The notes under the pieces are model-generated. The model saw nothing but the letters and a program-made list of their open reading frames with translations, was not told the origin of the DNA and did no database searches. A stretch of DNA of 57,180 nucleotides, taken from an uncultured Pseudomonadales bacterium. GTDB taxonomy: Bacteria > Patescibacteriota > Microgenomatia > UBA1400 > PJMF01. Each line of letters starts with the position of its first letter. The stretch's first letter is position 1. This document shows, piece by piece, positions 46,555 to 54,962 of the stretch. Location: assembly GCA_964583625.1 (NCBI GenBank), contig CAZOVA010000004.1, forward strand, positions 1 through 57,180, read 5' to 3'. The position numbers and the translations under genes were made by a program.

Positions 46555-47427
46555 ATGTCAAATTTAACGCTTTTGGAAAGTGAAGAAAAGTTTAGTCAAT
46601 ATTTACAGCAAAGTGGCAAAGCTCCAGCCACCATTATTGCTTATGCTAAAGACATTGAGCAATTAATAGAGTTTCTGACTGCTCAAGGCAAAGCAGAAAT
46701 TAATAATGTGACGGGCAATGATTTAGAAGCTTATAAAGCTTATCTGACTCAAGTTTACCGGAGTGATAAAACTGTTTCTCGCAAAGTTAATTCAATCAAA
46801 TCTTTTTTCCGTTATCTCAATGATCATAAATTTATCCCTGAAAATCCAGCCAGAATAGTCACCCAACCTCAGTGCGAGCAAACACCTCCTCGAGTCCTCA
46901 GCAAAACTGAATACCGAGCTTTGCGTGATGCCTGCCGGGGTGATATTCGCATGTTGGCGATCGTCGAAGTTTTACTGCAAACAGGAATGCGGATCAGCGA
47001 ATTGGCTGGTTTACAAATTTCTGATTTAGATTTTGAGAGAAATTTAATTAATATTAATACCAATGACACTGGCGTTGACCGTCAAGTTCCGATGAATGAA
47101 ACGGCCAAAAAAATCCTTCAATCATATTTGCGGATTCGCCCACGAGCGAGAGAAAAAACAGTCTTTTTGACCAAGACTTGCAAACCATTCTTAGTGCGCA
47201 ATATTCGCAAGTCTTTGGATCGCTACTTCCGCTTAGCAGGTTTAGGCGCTGGGGTGAAAGTTAATGATTTACGTCATACTTTTATTGTTGAACAATTAAG
47301 AGCTGGTTTGCCAATGGTTTATGTTTCCAAAATTGTGGGACACAAACGTTTGACAACTACAGAAAAATATCTGACTTTTGTTCAATTACCAGATTACGAC
47401 CCTTCTATCAAAATCGAAACTTTGTAA
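46555..47427 (+). CDS. XerC/D-type tyrosine recombinase
   Basis: SAM-like N domain (TVSRKVNSIKSFFRYL), TGMRISEL, DLRHTF, GH..L.TTEKY. Confidence 0.92.
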   Translation: MSNLTLLESEEKFSQYLQQSGKAPATIIAYAKDIEQLIEFLTAQGKAEINNVTGNDLEAYKAYLTQVYRSDKTVSRKVNSIKSFFRYLNDHKFIPENPARIVTQPQCEQTPPRVLSKTEYRALRDACRGDIRMLAIVEVLLQTGMRISELAGLQISDLDFERNLININTNDTGVDRQVPMNETAKKILQSYLRIRPRAREKTVFLTKTCKPFLVRNIRKSLDRYFRLAGLGAGVKVNDLRHTFIVEQLRAGLPMVYVSKIVGHKRLTTTEKYLTFVQLPDYDPSIKIETL

Positions 47428-47533
47428 GCTTAATTAGTAAAAAGCTTTAAAAAATTTATCCAGCTATCAAAAGATAGGGAAGTGTTATAATAGCTTCTTG
47501 TTTATTATTTAAAAAATTTCTTAAGGATAATTT

Positions 47534-48124
47534 ATGGCAATGGTTAACGGTGGCAATCTTAAAAAGAATATGTATATTGATTTTCGTGGTTCTCCTCATG
47601 TGGTGACCAGCACTCAGTTTGTTTCACCAGGAAAAGGTTCAGCCTTTACTCGAGCCAAACTGAGAAATATTAAGACTGGCAATACAGTCGAGTTTACTTT
47701 CAAATCAACAGAAAACCTTGAAGTTTTGGATGTTAATAGTCGAGAACTTACTTATTCTTATCACGATCAAGATATTGTTGCTTTTATGGATCCCCGTACT
47801 TATGAGCAGTTTGAAGTGAAAAAGAGTCTAATAGGGGACGATCTGCTTTATCTAACAGCTGATGTTTCTATCTATGTTATTTTTTATGAAGAGGAAGCGA
47901 TTGGCATTAGCTTGCCTCCCAAAGTAAAGTTGAAAGTTACTGACGCTCCAGAATCAATCAGAGGAGATCGCGTCACTGCGGGCAAAAAACCCGTGACTTT
48001 GGAAACCGGTTTGGTGGTGCAAGCACCAATTTTTATTAAAAATGGGGAAACACTTTTGATCGACACTAGTGATGGAACCTATGTTTCTCGAGCAAATGAA
48101 AAAATGGAAAAATTATTTTCCTAA
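47534..48124 (+). CDS. efp: Elongation factor P
   Basis: FVSPGKGSAFTRAKLRNI, RGDRVTAGKKPVTLETG, VQAPIFIKNGE, YVSRA. Confidence 0.96.
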   Translation: MAMVNGGNLKKNMYIDFRGSPHVVTSTQFVSPGKGSAFTRAKLRNIKTGNTVEFTFKSTENLEVLDVNSRELTYSYHDQDIVAFMDPRTYEQFEVKKSLIGDDLLYLTADVSIYVIFYEEEAIGISLPPKVKLKVTDAPESIRGDRVTAGKKPVTLETGLVVQAPIFIKNGETLLIDTSDGTYVSRANEKMEKLFS

Positions 48125-48643
48125 TTGACGTCGCCAATTATTAAAATCGATTTCAATAATTTCTTTATTAGGAGGTCTAAGGCTGCCTTCAGGCTCTAAG
48201 AAAAATTTCATATTTTTGATAAAGTCTGCTTTTACCCCTCGCCAATCACGATCAGGAATGGCGATCATCCCTACCACCTCTAATGATTCGTCAGTGATGA
48301 TTGCCACCGTAGGATAACATAATTGTTTAATATTACTCATCCCTCGTTCCGTTTTTCTTTTGCGCCATTCTGTATTAAAACGGACATAATCGCCATAATA
48401 GGCAATATTTGTCTCAACGGGCGAGCGAACGCCATCTTTTTTGCACTGATTTTCACCCGCATTAACCTTACCTAAGAAGGTAAAGTTGCCATAAGCTTTA
48501 TCCAAAAGAGCCAGCTCAGTATCAGCTTCACCCCTAGCAAAACCATGACTCCACTCTTGAGTTAAATATGGCTCATGAGTATAGGCAAAACCCATTAAAA
48601 CAACTTTGAAATTCATATCTCGTATTGTAACAAAAGTCATCAA
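48113..48643 (-). CDS. Hypothetical protein
   Basis: 176 aa ORF filling the gap between coaE and efp; no recognised motif. Confidence 0.6.
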   Translation of the reverse strand: MMTFVTIRDMNFKVVLMGFAYTHEPYLTQEWSHGFARGEADTELALLDKAYGNFTFLGKVNAGENQCKKDGVRSPVETNIAYYGDYVRFNTEWRKRKTERGMSNIKQLCYPTVAIITDESLEVVGMIAIPDRDWRGVKADFIKNMKFFLEPEGSLRPPNKEIIEIDFNNWRRQLGK

Positions 48644-48647
48644 AAAA

Positions 48648-49241
48648 TCAAGCTTTTTTCGTCTTTTTTATCTGCTGAATAACCAACTGACGCAAAGTGT
48701 CAAGGTCACTAAAATTGTAAATAATTAAATCTACGAAATTCGTTTTTCTTTGATCGTCAATTTGGGTTTCCAGTCTAGTTAAGATTTCATCGTGATTTAA
48801 ACGATCACGAATTTGCAGTCTGGTAAGAATATCTTCTTTCTTTGCCCTAACGAGCCAGATTTGGTCAAATTCTTTCTCCCAGCCAGCTTCAAAAAGCAAG
48901 GGAATAAGAACAAAAACTCTTTCTCTTTGCTTCTTTTCTTGTTTAAAAAACCACAACTGAAGTTCTTCTTTGAGTGGTGGCCAAATTACCTTTTCCAACC
49001 ACCAGCGTTCTTTTTCGTCGGCAAAAACTTTCTTGGCTAGCTTTCGCCGATCAATTTGACCATCTGGCGTAAAAACAGCTAAACCAAAATGTTCTTGTAT
49101 TAAATTTTGCCAGCGATCCTGATGATAAAGGGTAGCGGTAAGATCGTCTATATCCAGAACTTTCTCACCTCTTTCAAGCAAAACTTTACCTACCTCACTT
49201 TTGCCTGTTCCTATATTCCCTGTAATAGCAATTCTTTGCAT
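48648..49241 (-). CDS. coaE: Dephospho-CoA kinase
   Basis: IAITGNIGTGKS, IDRRKLA, IPLLFE, RLQIRD, DLIIYN. Confidence 0.93.
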   Translation of the reverse strand: MQRIAITGNIGTGKSEVGKVLLERGEKVLDIDDLTATLYHQDRWQNLIQEHFGLAVFTPDGQIDRRKLAKKVFADEKERWWLEKVIWPPLKEELQLWFFKQEKKQRERVFVLIPLLFEAGWEKEFDQIWLVRAKKEDILTRLQIRDRLNHDEILTRLETQIDDQRKTNFVDLIIYNFSDLDTLRQLVIQQIKKTKKA

Positions 49242-49325
49242 AACAATAAAACTATTATAACGCCCTTTGTTGTCTCTTAAAAGGAGTTTGTGATTATGTT
49301 ATAATATCAAGTCGCTAAAAAAGGA

Positions 49326-49408
49326 GCCCCGGTGGTGAAATGGTAGACACAGTAGACTTAAAATCTGCCGACCGCGAGGTCATGCGAGTTCGATTCTCGC
49401 CTGGGGCA
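49326..49408 (+). tRNA. tRNA-Leu(UAA)
   Basis: GCCCCGG...CTGGGGC-A; GTAGA-CTTAAAA-TCTGC; long variable arm; GCGAG-TTCGATT-CTCGC. Confidence 0.95.
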
Positions 49409-49414
49409 CAAGTT

Positions 49415-49489
49415 GGTGGCTGTAGCTCAATTGGTTAGAGCGCTGGGTTGTGGTCCCAGAGGTTGCGGGTTCAAGTCCCGTCAGCTACC
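49415..49489 (+). tRNA. tRNA-His(GUG)
   Basis: G-1, GTGGCTG...CAGCTAC-C73; CTGGG-TTGTGGT-CCCAG; GCGGG-TTCAAGT-CCCGT. Confidence 0.95.
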
Positions 49490-49711
49490 CATTTAATTTT
49501 TGGTCTCATAAAATATCCCTGCTTGGTAATTTAGTCTTAATGTAATATTTTTTAACAGATTTTCTAAATATCTTATTCTGGATTATAAATTAATTATAGT
49601 GTTTCACTTATTCACTAAGAGTTAAGTAACTAGAGTGATACTAAACTGCCTATATATATGCTATACTTTATCTGTAAAAGGTTTGTTGATAGAGACTAGA
49701 AGGAGAATTGT

Positions 49712-50467
49712 ATGAAAATGAAACTGACTATTTTAACGCTAACAATGGCGACATTATTAATATTGCCCTCAGTTGCGCAGACCAAAGATGGGCCAATGGG
49801 TCAAAATGGAAATAGTCCGCTTGACAACCAAGAGAATATGGCTCAAGAACGACAGCCGGCAGAAATCCCCCCAACTCCAGCTAATAATCAGACTCAAAAT
49901 CAAATGGCAATACAAAATCAAGGGGAAGATTCACGATTAGATATTGATCTTATGGAAAAGGAAAGGCTGGGTCTAGGTATTGGTCAAAATATAGCTAGTG
50001 ATGAAACAAATTTTCAAGATCAAGATGAAGTTGAAATTAAAAACACAGGTGGAGTGGCCAGTCAGGTGCAAGCATTACTCCAATTTAGGGTTGAAGGAGG
50101 AATTGGGGATCAAGTCCGTCAAATAGCCAGAGAGCAGAATCAAGCCCAATTAGAAATTCAAGATCAAATATCAAAACTTGACTCCAAAGGAAAGGTAGCT
50201 AGATTTTTAACGGGGACTGACCGCCAAACAGTTAAAACCTTAAAACAGCATTTGGAACAAAACCAACTTCGAATCCAGCAACTGGAAAACTTACAAAGCC
50301 AGTTAACAAACCAAGAAGATATTGCTCAATTAGGGGAAGCCATCCAGTTAATAACCAATCAAAATACGTCTTTGCAAGAAAGAGTAATGGCGGAAGATAA
50401 ATCAGGCGGTCTTTTTGGCTGGCTAATTGATTTGTTTGAAAAAATAAGTTTTAAAAAGACAAACTAG
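49712..50467 (+). CDS. Secreted Gln/Asn-rich coiled-coil protein
   Basis: SD AAGGAG, signal peptide, low-complexity N half, heptad-rich C half. Confidence 0.75.
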   Translation: MKMKLTILTLTMATLLILPSVAQTKDGPMGQNGNSPLDNQENMAQERQPAEIPPTPANNQTQNQMAIQNQGEDSRLDIDLMEKERLGLGIGQNIASDETNFQDQDEVEIKNTGGVASQVQALLQFRVEGGIGDQVRQIAREQNQAQLEIQDQISKLDSKGKVARFLTGTDRQTVKTLKQHLEQNQLRIQQLENLQSQLTNQEDIAQLGEAIQLITNQNTSLQERVMAEDKSGGLFGWLIDLFEKISFKKTN

Positions 50468-50702
50468 TAATCAGCTAAACTAGTCATATTCAACAAACAC
50501 AATTGTGTTGTCGGTGTGGGGATTTTTGTAAGCAGTCCAAAGGTGATTCTCACTTTAAGATAATATAAAAACTTTATAACGGGGCGAATTACTCCTTGAA
50601 TAACTTTTAATTCCTCTGTTGTTCGCATAAATCTAGCCTAATTTCCACTTTTTCCATGCTAAAATTCTCTAAAGATTGGTTTTTTAGTAAAAAAATAAAA
50701 AT

Positions 50703-51263
50703 ATGCCAGCAAGAAACTGGAATAAAATCAAAGCTCAATTTGCTAAAACTACCGACAAACTCGGTCGAACAATAGATGGTGGTATTATCGATGTTGTTGT
50801 CGGTCTCAATCTTAATAATATTCACACTATTAGTTCTTGTGAGGGGCATTTGCAATGGGGGATAGCTGGTCCTTGGATCGATATTGAAGCAGATATTGAT
50901 ACTTCACCTCTAAAAGAGCGAGCCCAAAGCTTATATCATAAAATAGAACAAGACTTTGACCGACTAACGGAAAAACAAATCTTCCAACTTTCTAGTCAAG
51001 CTCGAAAACTACAAAAAAAAGCTCAGGCGCCACATTTATTGGAAAGGGAGAAACTTCTCAAACTTCTGAGTGAATTTTATCAAACAAGAAAAGTTCCTTA
51101 TCAAGTACAACTACATGCTGTGGATTATGATTTTGCTACTACTAGATTGTGTAATATTGGTGCCAGCATCCAAGAAAGCTTGCCAGCTAAATTAAAAGAA
51201 AGAAATCTTAAAAAATTTCAGGCAGAAATTCGAGCTTTTGGAGATTTTTTAAAGAATAAATAA
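50703..51263 (+). CDS. Hypothetical protein with T-x-S-S-C-E-G-H motif (TYW3-like N-terminus)
   Basis: IDGGIIDVVVGLN...HTISSCEGH...PWI. Confidence 0.7.
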   Translation: MPARNWNKIKAQFAKTTDKLGRTIDGGIIDVVVGLNLNNIHTISSCEGHLQWGIAGPWIDIEADIDTSPLKERAQSLYHKIEQDFDRLTEKQIFQLSSQARKLQKKAQAPHLLEREKLLKLLSEFYQTRKVPYQVQLHAVDYDFATTRLCNIGASIQESLPAKLKERNLKKFQAEIRAFGDFLKNK

Positions 51264-51354
51264 TTCCTAAAAACAGGCTCTGTTCATATTTTTTATTCTA
51301 CTATTCTAATTCGTTTTTACTTTTCTAAATCTCATCTTTCTATTTTTGTTTTTA

Positions 51355-51558
51355 TGTTAAAATCGAATAAACAATAAGCGGGTGAGATCATTAGCGATCG
51401 AAATTTGCTTGTTCTTTAAAAAGTTAAGAAACAGCAAATTTTTCTTGATGGACATTTGGAGCTAAAGTGACTTAGCTCTAGTTTTCCATCAAGAAATTGA
51501 TGGGCTGGCGGATATAAAGATTGGCAAGAAAAATTTTCAACGAGAAGGAGGCACTAAA
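51355..51558 (+). promoter_or_regulatory. Extended -10 promoter and highly structured 5' leader of the PIN-PhoH gene
   Basis: TG-T-TAAAAT at 51355-51363; several perfect inverted repeats across 51401-51536; SD AAGGAGG at 51545-51551. Confidence 0.7.
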
Positions 51559-52965
51559 GTGACTAAGACCAGCGAACGCTGTACCTATGTTCTAGATACC
51601 AATGTCTTACTCAACTTCCCCGACTGTGTTAAAGACGACACTTTCACTGATACTGATATTTATATTCCTGAGGTTGTTATAAATGAACTAGAAAAATTTA
51701 AAAAGGAGGACACCGAAAGGAGTTTTCGCCAGAGAATAGTAACTAGAAACCTCAATGATCTAAGGGCTTACGGTAAGTTAAAGGAAGGAATTGCTCTGCC
51801 CAATGGCAATACTTTAACTATCGTCTCTGCCAATGGTGAAAGAGAAATCAAACTAATGGATGATTGGGATCCTCATGATCCAGATCATTTGATTGCAAAA
51901 ACTGCTGTCAGATTAGGAACGGAGAGAGGAAGGGAAAATACCTACCTAGTGACAAGCGACCTGCTTCTAATCCTGAGAGCCGACACTATTGGTCTGCAAA
52001 CCAAAGAGTTAACAGCAGACCAAAATAGTTTGTACACTGGCTACCGAGAGGCTTATGCCAAACCACACCATTTCTGTAATCTTTTACTGAAAACTAATCA
52101 ATGGGAGCTGGATAGCGAAGAATTGTTTTATCTAAGTGATGGTGGAGAAAAAATCCCACTGGTCGAAAGACCAAGAATTAATGAATTCGTTGCTATTTAC
52201 AATCCCAGCAATCCAACAGATTTCAGACTGAGCCGATTCAATGGCGAATGCTTAGTCCCTCTAAAAAATGATAAGAGAACAGTTTCTAATATCTCCGCCA
52301 GAGGTATAGTGCAACGGTTTATGATGGAGTCGCTTATTGTTCCTGAGGACGAACAAAGACTAGTTATCATTGAAGGACCCGCGGGTGGCGGAAAAACTCT
52401 TTTGTCTTTGGCTGCTGGTATCCAGCAAAAAAAGGATAAACGTTTTTTTCGTTTTTTCTATACCCGAGCTAATGTCGAAGCTGACAATTCCTATGGATTT
52501 TTGCCTGGAGACATCGATGAAAAAATGGACTGGCTTCTCAATCCTATCTATGACAATCTTTTTGCCATAGATAATAACCTTAAATATAGCACTCAACCTG
52601 TTTCAGTGGAAAAGAAACAAGAAACTCTCGACATTTTTGGTATTTCTGCCAGAGCTCTTAATCATATGCGCGGACGATCTTTACCAAAATGCTTTGTCTT
52701 GGTAGACGAAGTTCAAAATCTAACGCGTGAGCAAGTGAAAATGGTTGTCACACGAGCTGGCAAAGGCACTGTTGTAGTTTTAATTGGTGATACCAGCCAA
52801 ATCGACGCACCTTATCTCAACTATTTCAACAATGGCTTAACTCATGCTTTCAATGCTATGGACAATGAGCCACTTTGTTACCGTCTCCGCTTGGGCCCGC
52901 AAGAAAGCCAACAAAGAAGCGTTTTAGCCCAAGCAGCCGCTGCTCGCCTCGGTCGTCACTACTAA
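51559..52965 (+). CDS. PIN domain-PhoH ATPase fusion (PhoH2/YlaK type)
   Basis: YVLDTNVLL, VINELEKFK, VTSDLLLILRA (PIN); GPAGGGKTLL, GFLPGD, MRGRSL, DEVQNLT, GDTSQID, NGL, RSVLA (PhoH). Confidence 0.94.
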   Translation: MTKTSERCTYVLDTNVLLNFPDCVKDDTFTDTDIYIPEVVINELEKFKKEDTERSFRQRIVTRNLNDLRAYGKLKEGIALPNGNTLTIVSANGEREIKLMDDWDPHDPDHLIAKTAVRLGTERGRENTYLVTSDLLLILRADTIGLQTKELTADQNSLYTGYREAYAKPHHFCNLLLKTNQWELDSEELFYLSDGGEKIPLVERPRINEFVAIYNPSNPTDFRLSRFNGECLVPLKNDKRTVSNISARGIVQRFMMESLIVPEDEQRLVIIEGPAGGGKTLLSLAAGIQQKKDKRFFRFFYTRANVEADNSYGFLPGDIDEKMDWLLNPIYDNLFAIDNNLKYSTQPVSVEKKQETLDIFGISARALNHMRGRSLPKCFVLVDEVQNLTREQVKMVVTRAGKGTVVVLIGDTSQIDAPYLNYFNNGLTHAFNAMDNEPLCYRLRLGPQESQQRSVLAQAAAARLGRHY

Positions 52966-53001
52966 GGTGTTCCCAAATTGCTAGTTTCTTAACTGTTTTT
53001 C

Positions 53002-53030
53002 AAACCCTCGCCCAAAAAGCGAGGGTTTTT
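53002..53030 (+). terminator. Rho-independent terminator after PIN-PhoH
   Basis: AAACCCTCGC-CCAAAAA-GCGAGGGTTT followed by TT. Confidence 0.85.
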
Positions 53031-53075
53031 GCCTAATAACTGAAAAGTGTTGTTTGATAAATTTTATTTAAAAAA

Positions 53076-53105
53076 AGCGCTCTTGTTTTTACAAACAAAA
53101 GCGCT
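53076..53105 (-). terminator. Probable terminator of the 53117-53530 gene
   Basis: Imperfect hairpin AGCGCT..TTGTTT-TTAC-AAACAA..AGCGCT with a U-tract on the minus strand. Confidence 0.6.
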
Positions 53106-53116
53106 GTTGTTTTCCT

Positions 53117-53530
53117 TTACTTTTTCTGAGCTTGAGCCCAAGCTTCTTCTAGCTTTCTCTGCCACTTGTCTTTGATGTTTTGTAAAAATTCATATTTTTC
53201 GTGATTGCTCATATTTCCTTCCAAGATAAAATAGAATTTTACATTGTGAAATTGAAAGCTCAAAAAGTTGGTTTTTATTGCTCCAGTGAGAATCAAAGGG
53301 ATTAAACCTAAGGATTTCTCCCACCAATTTTCTCCCTCTTTACTGATATAACTGTCAACAATCACTGGGAAAATTTGTGGCTGTTCAATGTCCTCATCCA
53401 AAACGAGAAAAAGGACTAAAACTCCATAAAAGTGCCTAGCTGTTATCTCCGCTGACAGTTCTCTCATCAAACCTGTTGGGTTCCAAGTAAGCATCCCTAT
53501 TGGTAAATTTTTCAAATAGCCCACCTCCAT
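53117..53530 (-). CDS. Hypothetical protein
   Basis: 137 aa ORF with upstream TG-A-TATAAT and downstream terminator. Confidence 0.55.
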   Translation of the reverse strand: MEVGYLKNLPIGMLTWNPTGLMRELSAEITARHFYGVLVLFLVLDEDIEQPQIFPVIVDSYISKEGENWWEKSLGLIPLILTGAIKTNFLSFQFHNVKFYFILEGNMSNHEKYEFLQNIKDKWQRKLEEAWAQAQKK

Positions 53531-53616
53531 TTTTTAGACATCTAGAAAACAACCCTATAATTATATCATAAAAGTTACTTTTTGTAAAGTATTGACCCTA
53601 AAATAAAAATAGAGAA

Positions 53617-54843
53617 TTACTTTTCAGCTGACCATAAAACTTTTGGTATTTGCTCCAAAATTTGTCTGACTACGTCTATTTCCTGACTAGTATTGTAGGG
53701 GCTCAAGCTAAAACGCAAAGAGCCTTTCAAACCCAGGGCCTCATGTAATGGCTGACAACAGTGATAACCTTCACGAGCCAACAATCTACGACTGGCAAGA
53801 TAAGACATAATATCTACAGAATTAAAACCTTGATAAGTAAAACTGACCAAATGTCCCTTTGTTTTCTCACCTAAAATTTTAATTTCTGGGATTTTTATAA
53901 GAACCGCAATCAATTCATCAGTTAAATTTTTCAAATAGGTCAGACTTTCTTTTTGCCCTTTTTCCGCAAAATATTGACAAGCTTGTGCCCAACCCACCAA
54001 AGAAACCAAATCACTCACTCCAGCTCGATATTGTTGCTGCCAATTATCACTCAACTGCATTTCTTTATCCAAAGACAAACTTTGCAACATGCCTCCTCCA
54101 TAAAAAAGAGGTTGAATAATTTTTTTACTAAGCAGTTCATTTTTAACTAAAACTCCAGCAATGTGCGGAGCAAACATTTTATGACCAGAAACAACTAGAG
54201 CATCAGCTTTGCTTTTGCGCCAACAAATTTCTTGTTCTGTCACGGCTGCGGCTGCGTCAACTATTAGATAAATTTTTCTCTTTTGTTCTTGACCAACTTT
54301 TTCGATCATGTTAGCAATTTTCTCAATTTCTTCTGTTACGCCAAAAACATTAGAAACTGCTGTTAGGCTGACTATTTTGATTTTCTCTGTAAGCAAAAGT
54401 TTTTTTAATGTTTTGCTATCAACTTTTCCTGTGGGCAAAAAGGGCAACCACAAAGTTTGGTCCTTTTTGAGTTTAAACCAGGGAGCGAGATTGCTGTGGT
54501 GATTGGCCTGACTCAGCAAAATTTTTTCATCTTTTTTAAGAATTTGACAAAAGTTTTGCGCTAAAAAATTTAGGCCCTCAGTCGAGCTTTTGACGATAAT
54601 TAATTCATTGGCGCGCGCGCCCATAAACTGGGCCACTTGTTTTTGCGCTTGCTCATAAAGATCACTTTGGGCGCGCGCCAAAGCTCCACTAGAACGACCA
54701 ATAGCGGTCACTCCTTTTTCCCACAACTCATTCATGCGCCTAATAACTGAAAAAGGCTTTTGTGTCGTAGCCGCATTGTCAAAAAAAATAATTTCTGGTT
54801 GATTATTAATAGCTGGAAAATCTTTGCGCCACCAATTGCTCAT
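53617..54843 (-). CDS. sufS: Cysteine desulfurase, SufS/Csd group (class V aminotransferase)
   Basis: RKDFP, FFDNAATTQKP, HHSN, SGHKMF (PLP Lys), REGYHCCQPL (catalytic Cys), LRFSLSPYNT. Confidence 0.88.
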   Translation of the reverse strand: MSNWWRKDFPAINNQPEIIFFDNAATTQKPFSVIRRMNELWEKGVTAIGRSSGALARAQSDLYEQAQKQVAQFMGARANELIIVKSSTEGLNFLAQNFCQILKKDEKILLSQANHHSNLAPWFKLKKDQTLWLPFLPTGKVDSKTLKKLLLTEKIKIVSLTAVSNVFGVTEEIEKIANMIEKVGQEQKRKIYLIVDAAAAVTEQEICWRKSKADALVVSGHKMFAPHIAGVLVKNELLSKKIIQPLFYGGGMLQSLSLDKEMQLSDNWQQQYRAGVSDLVSLVGWAQACQYFAEKGQKESLTYLKNLTDELIAVLIKIPEIKILGEKTKGHLVSFTYQGFNSVDIMSYLASRRLLAREGYHCCQPLHEALGLKGSLRFSLSPYNTSQEIDVVRQILEQIPKVLWSAEK

Positions 54844-54962
54844 GACAAGATCAATTATATCATGAGCAACCACGACCGATAACCTTAACTTCTAGAAAAC
54901 TCTTCACTAAGTATTTAATTACTCGTCTTAAAGATTTTAAATAAAACTATATTGGTCAACTA

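Noticed and set aside
50620-50647. dif-like site: TGTTCGCATAA resembles a XerC arm
   Set aside because: The other arm after a 6 bp spacer (CCTAATTTCCA) does not resemble TTATGTTAAAT.
51401-51536. c-di-GMP (GEMM) riboswitch, suggested by the GAAA tetraloop and a GGDEF gene in the window
   Set aside because: It lacks the GEMM P1/P2 consensus and tetraloop receptor. It is kept as an unclassified structured leader instead.
46555-52965. Prophage suggested by a tyrosine recombinase, tRNAs and phoH
   Set aside because: The recombinase is a Xer-like housekeeping type separated from the block by efp and coaE. There are no terminase, capsid or tail genes and no att repeat was found.
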